Positions 12,001 to 24,000 of a stretch of DNA of 64,000 nucleotides are shown here, one piece after another (within the stretch, counting starts at the first letter, position 1; each line of letters opens with the position of its first letter). The notes beneath the pieces were generated by a model. That model saw only the letters and a list, made by a program, of their open reading frames with translations. It was not told where the DNA came from and did no database searches. Both the position numbers and the translations under genes were made by a program. The stretch is from Candidatus Aceula meridiana (GTDB lineage Bacteria; Omnitrophota; Gorgyraeia; Zapsychrales; Aceulaceae): NCBI GenBank assembly GCA_030765185.1, contig JAVCDE010000026.1, forward strand, positions 17,276 through 81,275, in the 5' to 3' direction.

Positions 12001-15000
12001 AAGTTAGATTACATTCTTGATCAAGACGGAAATGTTATAGAAATTTCTGATGATATGCGCGCTTCTACTGCAGATCATCAAGTCGGATTTCAAAGAAAGC
12101 CAAGCCTGCATTTTATTCTTTATGATTATTACGATAGGTTGGGGTACTTAACGTATGCTGTAAAAAAAGATCCAGGGCTTTTAAAAATAAGAAAACAACT
12201 TGGGAATTTATCACAAGAACAATATTTTCTTCATATAATCAAAGAATTGGCTTATACAGAGGCTAAAAAAGTAGAACTAGGGGTCACAAAAGTTTCTTTT
12301 CATGAAAATGATATTACACTTTCTGGAATGGAAGTAGATTGGGATGAAGCTTCTTATGTAAAGGATATTGCTTTTGGTGATCCTTATTCACGTTTAACAA
12401 AAAATATGGAGGAAAAGAAATTTTATAGAAAATATGGATTTCTTTTGTTTGACTATAGAAGAAAATTAGAAATCTTGCAGAGATTTCAAATTTCATTAAC
12501 AGAACACGCTTTATTCAAAATTTCGAATATAAATGTGCAGCAAGAATTTTATCGTACGTTTTTAGATAGTTTAAGTTTAGATATGCGCCGCAGGGTTATC
12601 GCTGCGACTTCATCAAATATTAAAATAAAAACTGCTACAAGCGACGATATTCCATTCATTTTATCTCAATTCAGAAAAAGAATTAAGTCGTGGAGTCAAG
12701 TAAAGATGAATTATAAAAAGGATAATTCTAAGAATTTTTTCAGCTCACCATTAGCATTGAGTAATATACGAAGCGTTTTTTATTCGGTGAAAGAGATTTT
12801 TGGTGAAAAAATGCCCTGTAAAGAACAAAATCGACCAATGTTGCCTTTTGATTCAAAAAGTCTGCCTATTCTTTTTTCTGTTAGCCCCATTGTTTTAGTG
12901 CCGCTGATACTTGTTTCCGGTGTCAGCGTTGCTGTGATGGCAAAAAGTGCATTAAGTATTGCTATTATTTTTGGTATTCTTGGTTTTATTGTGTTACTTC
13001 GAGAATGGTTTGCTCAAATGAGGGCTGCACCAAATTCAAAAGAAATTTTATATGTTATGGTCTTAAATGAGCCGCTGATGCACAAATCGCCTTCCCGTGG
13101 CGGGGAGATTTCGTCAGCGGCTCATTTGTTTGCAAGGGCTTTTTCTGCAGCTTCTTCAGCCGTATCTGCTCCAAGAGCTTCTTCTACTGCTAAGCTGAAG
13201 AAAAAGAAAAACACTTTTGACTATCATTGCTTTTTTGATGTTTTAGGTATGCCAAAGTATTTTCAAGAAAATCCAGAGTCGTACAATATCATTAATTATA
13301 TGAATTACACCATTCAAGCGCTGCGTACGCCAGAGAATTTTAAAGGTAAAGTTGCTAGAATCCTTTCTTTATTGAATAGAACTTCAGAGGAATCTTTGGG
13401 TTATCTTGAGTCTGTGGCTAAGGATATTTATGCGCCTTTAGCTAATCGCGTTGGTTTTTTAGAAATTGCTGAACAGATCAAAGATTCTATTTTTAAAGCC
13501 CGTTTTCCAGATTTATGGCTTAAGTCTGAGCGTCAGATTCTTCAGGCTTTAGGAGGTATAAGCCGCGAGGAAGCAAACCGTTATCTTTTAGAAGTTAGTA
13601 ATAAGATTAAATCAAGGTTAAAGGAATTGGGTGTTGAGGTTGAAGCGGTTTATTTGAGAGTTAAAGGGGCGAGCTCTGGCTATGAAAAGGTTAAAAACAA
13701 AAGGGGCGACAAGACTTCGTATAATAAAATTGCAAGATTGCAAGATTTATTTGGTCTTCATATTATTTTAAAAAATAATGATGATTACTGGAAAGTTGCC
13801 GGACTTTTATTAGGCTGGGACAGTACTATGGCTCCATATCAAGATCTAGGAGGCGAGTTAGACGTGCAACAAACAGAAGAAAAAAGGCGCTTTAAAGGTG
13901 ATAAGTATGATGCGTATCATTTTGGCATTAAGATTCCTGTGTCTCCCAAGGCTAAAGAAAAAAGAAAATTTGTTATGATGGAGATAAAACTTTTTGATCC
14001 TGATAAGTATCTATATTTTCGATATAGTCAAGAAATTGCCGCATGGATTTATGAGCTAACCCGGCGTTATCCGAATCAAGAATTTCTTTCAGGTGGCCTA
14101 ACCCTAATGTCAAGTGATCCGGAGAAAAACTTTAAAAATCTTTATTTTTATTTTAAGAATTGGATTTATTTTTTCTTTGTTCAGGACAATAATCTTGACG
14201 ATTGCTGCATTTTAAAACCTGCAGGACTTAAAAAAGGCGTTATTATGGCAGATGTTTTGGGCTTGCTCGGAGTTGATGAGTTTTTGGCTCTTACGCAGAG
14301 TGAGCCTGTTTTACGGGAAGGTATGAATCAAAAGGATCATGCACTGCTTTCTGGTTTTAGTTTTGGACAAATGATTCGAAAAAATCAGGATCCAGATGTA
14401 AAGAAATTTAATAAGACCGTCATCCAAGAGCTTAGGGTGGGAGATTTTCTTCAGGTTGATCCTATGAGAAGGGCAGAATTTACTGATCAAGAAAAAAAGA
14501 AAATAAGTGAAAAAGCAAGACATTTAAGGACTCTCCTAAGACTCCAGCTTAAACCTGGAGATTTTTATAACATGTCTTTCCCGAGTAATGAGAGGCAGAA
14601 AAAAGCGACTCTTGGCATAATAAAGTTAACCAAGGCAGGCGAGGACAGAGTAGTGTACAAGTTTTTATTTAGAGATGAAATTGCGCAAGCCGTAGGTTTT
14701 AATGATGGGATTTATATGTGTGCTGTTTTTGGTCTTTGTGAAGTCTCTATAACGACTGAAGTTGCTAAGCAGGCGATTGAGGGAAAACCATGGCTTATGT
14801 CTAGGGTTGTAACCATTAAGGCAAAGGGTGGACAAGCTAAGAAGACTTTCGTGGAGCTGACGTTAAGCCTTGATTATGATTATTCTGAATTAATGAAAGC
14901 TGTTGTTAGCGTTGTTGCTCAAGTTGGAGCCGAGATTTTCGACAGTCAATATTTTGGAAAAAAAGTTAAGATGACGATATCGATTCTTGAAGAAAATATT

Positions 15001-18000
15001 CTAAAATTAAAAGATCTTTTAGGGAAAATTAAAGCATTGGATAAAGAAGCTAAGATTATGGATGAGAATTTTTTGAAAAAAGAAATACACATTCTTGCGA
15101 ATCTTAACAAGGACTATCAAAGTTTTTCTGTTACGCTTAATAGCATTTTATCTGTATTTGAAACTTTAAAGATTTATGTTTATGAAAATGTTAGTAGCTG
15201 GCAACCGAAAGATGAGAGATTAACGCCTAAAAAAGAAACTCCATTTCTTGTTCCGCTAAGAAGACTTCGCAAGCTAGACGACAAAGTTGTTTTGTATGAA
15301 TTTGTAATTGGAATACCGGCTACTTCAGAAGAGAAAATTTTGATAGAAAAACTTCAGCAAGTAACAAATGGCGGAGTTGTTGAAATTGTAGAGGCTTCGT
15401 CAGCGATTTCGTCTTTAGCGTTTTTTGACTTTATTCCGCAAGATGAGGATGCTGAGACGAAAAACGCGCGTCCAATAATCATTATGGAAGACGACGATAA
15501 AGAAACAACTAGGGTGATGTTGAACATATGGTTTTTTGATCGTGAGAATTTTGATGCCATGATGGAAACGTTTAAAGGAACAATGAAGGCTAAAAAGTCG
15601 GGGGTTATAAATATTAGCCTTGATCAAGAATTATCGAGACTTCATAAGATGCAGCGGAATATCCAGCGGCTGGAACGAATAAAAAAGACTATGGATCCGA
15701 ATGCGGGGAGCCTAGAATTTTTCGATAGTACTGTTGGTCTTGGACAAATTAGAATTAATAGGCTTAGAGGGGGAGCATCGTACGAAATAACAATCAGAAA
15801 AGACGATAAATTAGGGTATGTTTTAGTTTGCAAGGAGCAAGAGGGTGCTGAAGAAGTTATTATTGTAGGTCTGAAATCGACCTTGTCTCCGGGAATGACA
15901 ACCTTACCTCTTTTAGGGCGAGGCAAGACTTTTGGGGAGGCGGCTAAAAATGCGCATTCAGTCCTGACGGCAGACCAAGAGCTGGACAGAGAAATGTATG
16001 ATGTAATGATGCATATATGGTTTAAGGCTCGGAAAAGGTTTGGGCGTATGCTTAAGATCTTCAAGGTCAAGATCAGAACGAATGGCGCAGGGGAGATAAC
16101 CTTGAGTATTGGCGGGCATCGAATAGCCATCGGAAAATTAAAAAAGAACACTTTTTATACAGTAACTCTAAGGCGAGATGCTCATTTTGGATATATTTTG
16201 GTGTTGAGGACGAAAACGGGAGAGACGGCTATCGTAAAGTTAAATGTGTCATTGACGAAGAACACATATCTTTCTTCTTTGGGGCGGGGGAAAACTTTAG
16301 GGAAGGCTATGGAGAGGGTACAACAGAAATATCCAAAATCTGCGCACTCTCTTTCAAAGGGCAAGTTGAGAAAAGTCGAAATAAGGGATCTAGTCAAATT
16401 CGTTCAGGCTGGATTTGAGCCAGGGGAAGAATTGAGTTGCGCATACGAATATGAACGAGTATTGAGCTGTGGATTTCTGATGGATACCTATCGCGTAAAG
16501 GAGGGGAAGTTGGCTTCTCGTTTAAAAGAAACGATTGTTGCCGAAGCTCCTCCAGGCATACAAAAAGCACTTGATGCTTTTGAAGCTGTCTATGGGAAGG
16601 AAGTTTCTTCCGTACCGTTTACCCACGAAGGTCAAGATTATATTTTTATCAATTCTTTGTGTGACCTATCTTTTACCCAACTCTGTGAAGCCATTATTTA
16701 CGATACCTGCACTCTGGCAGGAATGTATCATTCGGGTGCTAGCCTGAAATCTCAAAATTTGATGTATGGGCATAAAAATGAAGATGAGAAAAACAGGGTT
16801 TATTTAAAGGCTATGTATAGTGTTTTGACTAACTATCAGGAAAAGGCTGATGTTATTGTTGATGATTTTTATGTGGAGGCAGAAACTGACAGTCTTGGGA
16901 TAATAGAGGTTTTTACACAGGGAACCACATTGCAGATTTGTGCCCCCAAAAGGGATACTGTCTATGAAATAACGCTTAGGGACGATAAACGATTAGGATA
17001 TGTCTTGATTTTGAAGGCGAAAGACGGTGCCCAAGAGTTTGTTATAGTCGGGATGAGACGCAATCTTAACAAAATATCAACAACCTTCCCGATCTTAGGA
17101 CAGGAGCCAACCCTTGAGGAGGCTCTTGAGAACGCAGATTTGACGATTATTGAGGAGCAAGAAGAGAGAGGTGAGATTCGGACAATGCTGAACACATGGT
17201 TCTTTTTTGATCGTGAGAAATTTGATGCCATGATGGAAACATTTAAAGGAACAATAAAGGCTAAAAGGTCGGGTTGTATTGATATTAATGTTGATCGAAA
17301 ATTATCGATGCTCAGTAAAGCGATGTGGAATGCTTGGAGGTTAAATGGAATAAGGGAAAAGATTGATTCAGCTGCCCAAAGAATAGAATTTTTGGATAGT
17401 ACTATTCGGCTGGGAAACATTAGAATTAATGGGCTCAAAGGGGGTGCCTCGTATGAAATAACTATTAGAAAAGACCGTCGATTAGGGTATGTTTTGGTTT
17501 TCACCGAACAAGATGAGGCCCCAGAAGTTATTGTCATTGGGATGAAAGAGGTAATAAGTACGAAAAAGACAACATTGCCTATTTTAGGACGAGGCAAGAG
17601 TTTTGATGATGCGATAGCAACCGCGCAGCCGGTATTAACGGCAGGCCAAGAGCTGGATTGGGAAATGTATGAAGTAATGCTAAATATATGGTTTAAGGCT
17701 CGGAAAAGGTTTGGGCGTATGCTTAAGATCTTCAAGGTCAAGATCAGAACGAATGGCGCAGGGGAGATAACCTCGAGTATTGGCGGTCATCAAATAGCCA
17801 TCGGAAAATTAGGAAAGAACACTTTCTATACAGTAACTTTAAGGCAAGATGCTCATCTTGGATATATTTTGGTATTGAAATCGGAAAGAGGAGAGACGGT
17901 AATCGCAAAATTAAACGAGTCATTGACGGAGAATACATCCTTATCTCTTGGGGGGAGGGGAAAAAGTTATTCAGAAGCCTTGGATAACGCCTTGGCGAAG

Positions 18001-21000
18001 GGGATTATTGAGGGGGTAGTAAAAACAATAATGAATGAAGGAAGAATAAAGCAACATTTAAAAGCTTATGGAGAGAAAGGAAGTCTTAGCCAAAAAGATT
18101 ATTTGGAATTAATTCAAGAGGTAAAGGGAATGAATTTTTCAGCTATTTTATTATTGAACAGTATCTTTTTAGGGAATCTTAGTGATGAAGTGCAAGAGCG
18201 GGTTATTATTCGAAAGTTATTTCGTTATCGAGCAGAAAAACATGGTCTTTTTGAGGCGTATATGAGAAATGCGATTGCCATTTCGGAATCTTTTTATAAA
18301 AAAACAATGCAAAGGTTTTCTGAGGATATTCCTGAAGATAGAAATAAATTTCTTATTGTGGAGGAGGATCTAGGCTCTTTCGTATTTGATTGGCTACAAA
18401 TTGCCAAGAGATTGCGCGGGATAAGTGAAGAAGAGAGAGCGTTATTGATCAAGTCAATCCAAAGCATAGACGCTGAATTTTTTGATGTTGAAGAATTTCT
18501 TAGCAATGGAGTTGATAAAAGAACTTTGATTCTCTTCGGAGAAGCTCTCCAGGAAGAGGGTTCGGAGGATTATCCTCTTGTCACATCTTCGGCAGTGACG
18601 GGCAGGAAAAACATTTCCTCCTCAGCCAAGAGTAAAGAGGAAAAAGCGTCGTCCACCGCAGAAGGTTTGCCTAACTTGACAAAAGGACAGTTTAGAAAGT
18701 TTGCTCAAAGATTTATAAGGTCGCAACCTTGGGATACGAGAAGTAAGTATAAAAGCTCTCTTTTTGAATACGGAGATTTATCAGATTTTGAAAATCTTGT
18801 GGAGACTGATTATCTTAAGCATCCTGCCGAGACTAATTTGAGTGGGAAGTATTTTTGCTTTGAAGATTATAAGATTTTTAGCCTTGGCCAGTCTCAGATA
18901 GGATTTCTAAGGAATGCTACAAATTTTTTAATTTTTATGCCTGAATTTACCGGATGTAAATGTTTATCGCTTCATTGCTTGGATAAGAAGCCTAGCATTT
19001 ATGCTACACATTTAGGCAGCACTTTTGATTGGAAGCGATTTTTTGAATATTTTGTTAATCTTTCAACTGATCAAAAGGAAAATATGAAGTGTTGGAGTTT
19101 ATTTTGGGAGCATCCTTTTTCTGAGAAGAGCATGGAATATCTTATTAGGATTAATAAAGAGTTGCCGCAACAGATTTTTGATATTAAAAAGAAATATAAG
19201 CACTCTTCATTATTTTTTTCTCGTCAATTTTCTTTTTTAATTCATTTTGATTATATCGCCATGTTGTCGAACAGAAGGGTTGAGAAAGTTCTTGCGCTTC
19301 CTTCGCAGCGGTCTTTTCGTCCTGATCTATTGCAAAATTTCTTCTCTTTGATTCAGCAACGGTATCCTCTTATCCCATCTCGGAGGGAAGTTGTTGATGG
19401 GATTAAGGGCATTGCGCCAACAGTCTTCCAAAAACAAGTCATCTCCTCAGCAGTAACCTCATCGGCGGTAGCGACAATGGTAGCAGACGTATCCGCGGCA
19501 ATAGCGCCTATTGCCTCGATGTGGGCGCCTATTATCGTTTTTAGCTCAATAGGTGGATTATTGCGATTTGCAATAGCTAAGCATATTGACAAGTATTTTA
19601 AAGGAATTTTTCCTTATGGCACGCTGGGCGTGAATTTATTAGGTTCCTTGATGATGGGATTTATAGTCGGAGGCGTTGAAGTTATTGGTGATATTCCTGC
19701 GTGGCTTATCGGCGGATTTCTAGGCGCTTTTACAACTTTCTCAACATTTATTTTTGATATTGAAACTTTAAGAAAAAGTGGAAAATATCGAAGTCTTGCG
19801 GGATACACTCTTTTAAGCATTTTAGGAGGTTATTTTGTATTTATTTTTGGGTATTTCGCAGGGTCTTTTGGTTTAAACACGAATATGAAAATCATTTTTG
19901 TTTCATTGATCATTATTCCTCTTTTTGCTTTTCTTGCCTTTAAAAATTCAGAAAATAAAATTCCATCTTTGCGAAAAATCCCTTCCTTTGTTTCCGGGCG
20001 AGAGACTCTTTATTTGTCGATAGGAGTTACGCTTGGGGTTGTTTCAAGGATGCTTTTTCCAGGCCAAACACTTTTTGTCAATATTCTCGGATCCTTTTTA
20101 ATTGGCGCGGCTGATTTTGGCTTAGGCGATGCATCGAAAAAAAGAAAACTTCTGCTTATTACTGGTTTTTGCGGAACACTGACAACCTTTTCAGGGTTTA
20201 TTTTAAAAACTCATGGTTATTTAGCCGCGATAACGCCTTTTGAGGCAGCCGCATATATATTGGCGAGTGTCGGTTTAGGGTATTTATTTTTAAAAATTGG
20301 GGAAAAATTTAGTGCTTTTCTGCTTGGAAATAAAAAAGATACAGGATACAAAGGGCAAAATAGGAAAAAAAAGGAGGAGGTTTCTTCGGCAACCCAACCC
20401 CATGGAGCCTTAGGCGAACATTCTTCAAAGCCTTGGCGAAGAATGGATAAAAATCTTACCGCAAAGGAAAGTTCTTCCTCGACACAGCCCAAAACGTCTA
20501 AAAATGTGGCAGAGACAAAAAAAGAATATAAATTCTTTTCCCGTTTTAAAAATGGCAAGGTTATTGAAATTGAAGATTATTATGGTGCTCCAGCCGAAGA
20601 GGCTCAGGCTATAGATTTAAGAAAAGCGGTTGAGGACGCAAACCTATCTTATGCTAATGCTGACGACCCGGACGATTTATCGACTGATGATTATTTTAAA
20701 GATATCAACTTGCAGGCAGCTGAAGACATTCAGTGGTTGATTTTTGGAGGGGCTTTTAACGGGTGTCTGAAAGATGTTATGGAAAGAATCTTGCATTGTG
20801 ATGAAGTTTTTTCTGATGAATCGACATTGCGGATCACATTGCCGCTTTTTGCTATTAAGAAGCTCTATAGCCTTCAAGTGAGCAAGTACACATATGATGT
20901 TCGTAATTATCTCAACCCTGAGAGGATTCCCGAAAGAATCGCCGAATACTCTAAAGAAGGATTAGGGGTTTTAACAACAGGCCAGGAGGATGTAATCAGC

Positions 21001-24000
21001 CCTGGCTATCATTATTTTATGTTACCATACAACTCTAATTATAAAATCATCATCCGAAAAGATGGAAAAGTTTTGCGAACCATCAAGGAAGATGGTGCTC
21101 CGATAGTGATTCTTGACTTCTTTACGTCTCTTGACTCCATGAGAACTCACGCCTTTAGGCCAGTTGCCTCTTCCTCGTCTGCCAGCAAAACTATTTTACC
21201 AGCTAACAAGGGCGGATTAGAGTTGCTACGCAAGATGATACTCGATGTTTTGAACGAAAAAGGTCAGGTCAGATTGGCAATCGATGGTGGAGTCGCAGTT
21301 GGTAAGAAGTTTTTGGTCGCAGCCATTCTAGAGGGAAAATTAGGCTTGACTCGTGATGAAATTTGTATTGCTCTCTTTAATAAGTATGCTTTCAAAAGAC
21401 TAAAGGATGGTAGAGATCTCTCTAGCAAGAAATTGTTAATATTCCCTGGACACTTCTCTAGCCGTTTGTCCGATGTTGATATTAAGGTCCATTTGGTTAC
21501 TGACGGTACCACGCAGCGGTCTGATATAGTACTTAGAGGTCAGGACCTTAGCGATTACCCAGAGCTTATGAATTTTCATTCATTAGTTTTAAATGAGCTA
21601 GAAAAGAAAGAATTTGACCTAACAATCGATAATAGCCAACGGTATCGGATGCCTTTTAAGCAGATGGTAGAGCTGTTTAGCGAGCCGCGCACAAATGGAG
21701 CCTTAGGCGAATATCCTTCGAAATCTTGCCGAAGAGCGGATAAAAATCTTATCACAAAGGGAAGTGCTTCCTCGGCACAGCCCAAAACGCCTAAAAATGT
21801 GGTGGTTACTAAGCGTGAAAAGGATGACTTGAGAGATATGAAGCTCTTTAAAAGATTTTATGACGGGGATGATGATGCCTTAGGCGAGTTCTTTGAAATT
21901 CGTAGACCTTATTTTATGGGATTTTTGATAAAATGCAAACCTGGGGCTATTTCCCGCGATGACGCTGAAGATATTTACCACGATGTTTTTATCAAGGTGT
22001 TTGATAGAGAACGTACACCTTTTAAGGGAGAAGACAAGCCGAGGATTTGGATAAGAACCATTTTACGAAATGCACTTTTTGATCGCATGAAACAAAAAAA
22101 GAGCAAGAGAACAGTTCCCCTTGACCTCAAAACGTTAGAGAATTTTCTCACCCTGTCAGGTGTATTTACACCGGAAGATTGGAAGAGTAGAGAAAAAATG
22201 CGTTTGTTGATACAGAGGAGGATTAGTCAACTACCAGCGACGTATAAAAATTATTTTCTTGCCCACCATTACGATGGTTTTAAGTATAGGGAAATTGCAA
22301 AGAAGGAAGGTGTTGCGGAAGGCACCGCTAAGAGTACTGTCCATAAGGCACTTTTTTACATGATAAAGGTGTTGGCGCCGGATATAAGAGAAGATCCGAA
22401 ATTGTTGGAGTATTGCCGGGAGCACTTGAAGGATTCTCTCAAAAAGGTTCTTGGAGCAGTTGTAGTTGCGGTTTTAAGTGGCGGACTATTGGCATATGGT
22501 ATGTGTAATAATGCCGGAATGACAGAAGGGGTTGTATGCGCTTTTATCCTGCCGTTTTTCACCTACGCAAGTTATTCTAAGTTGTTAAAGACAATACATG
22601 CGTTATTCGAGGATATAAAAAGGTGCATTTCTTCATTCTTTGTTTCCTTGACCAAGGCGGCAACTTTTATTTTACACATAAGTATTTCTGGCATACGTCT
22701 TGTGTCGGGGGGTTTAAACTTTGGCACGCATTTTGCGTCGGGGGTTTTAAGACCGCTAGCTCAAAAGTATATTTCTTTACGAAAAAAATTCCGATCAAAA
22801 GATAAGCAGGCTAATCAGAGCGGTTGGGGCACAATAGCTGCGAAGGCGTCTTATTTGAAGAAACCATATCAAAATAAATCGCTAGGGAAAAGGGATGATG
22901 CGCCTAACAGTTCTTACTGGAAGAATGGTAGGCGCTATGTAAAAGAAAGAGGTTCTTGGTTTTTTAGCTTTAGCCCGGTGTTATTTTTCTTCAAAGGAGA
23001 AATTTATGCTCTGCTACAGGCCTTAGAGATTCCTTGGCAAGAGATAGGGATGACGGGATTAGTTGTCTTAGGGGTAGTGGTGATAAAGTTTTTTGCTGCA
23101 GAGAAAGGTGTTCGCATTGACACAAAAGAAAACAATAAAAATAAAAATTCTTTAGATATCACGCCGTTATCCAAAAGAAGAAATTTTTTAAAGACTGCGA
23201 CAAATGTTTTTTCTATTTTATTAGTTATCGGACTAGTGTTTTTGATACCGCTTGATGCTGTCTATGCGCAGGGTGTAGCTGACCCTGTTGAGAAGACTTT
23301 TGACCAAGAAAAAGAAATCTTTTATAAAAATTTAAAGCAATCTGCCTTGCCTTTTATCCAGCCGTTTGTTGCAACACAAGAGGACGCCAATAGGTTTGCT
23401 AATGACTTTATCTATGAGGTAGCGGGATGGAAAAGAAGCGACGGGGAACCCATTCTTTACGTCTGGAGCCAGCGGCTTAAGAATGCGCGAAGAGGGGGTC
23501 ATAATAAAGAAGTGGCTCTAGATGAGGTGATCGCCCTTGAGCTTGAAGCCATAAAAGAAATCCGCACCATTATTCACAATCGTTTTTCTCTTCATGACAA
23601 CAGTCAGGATGCGTTTCTTATTCATGAGATTTTATCGACAAATCAGGCCTGTTCTTTAGGCAGGGCACAGATTCTTTTTATCGCGCTTAATGCATTGGAA
23701 ATTCAAACATTAGGGGTCACCATGGAGGATCTTGAGGCAAACTCCCAAGGAGAGCGTGGAACATCTATTGTTGTCTCAGCTCGTTTGGCAGATTCTCGCC
23801 AAGTTTTGATAAACGTTACACTTGATTCGCCGAATTTTTTAAGCGCTGCATGTGCTTTAAGTGAGATATTTATTGCCCATGATTGCGCTGTTGAATTTAA
23901 TCCTCAGTACGCCGGAAGTCAATTTTACAGAAATATTCATATTCTTGGTATGAGAGGGCTTATCTCCGCAGCTCATACAGATTTGGCCGTAAAATATAAT

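Noticed and set aside
15642-17741. Minus-strand ORFs of 169 and 259 aa
   Set aside because: These are shadow ORFs of the duplicated plus-strand repeat, with no independent motifs.
15490-17990. Possible diversity-generating retroelement TR/VR pair
   Set aside because: Both copies are coding, differences are not confined to adenines, and no reverse transcriptase is in the window.
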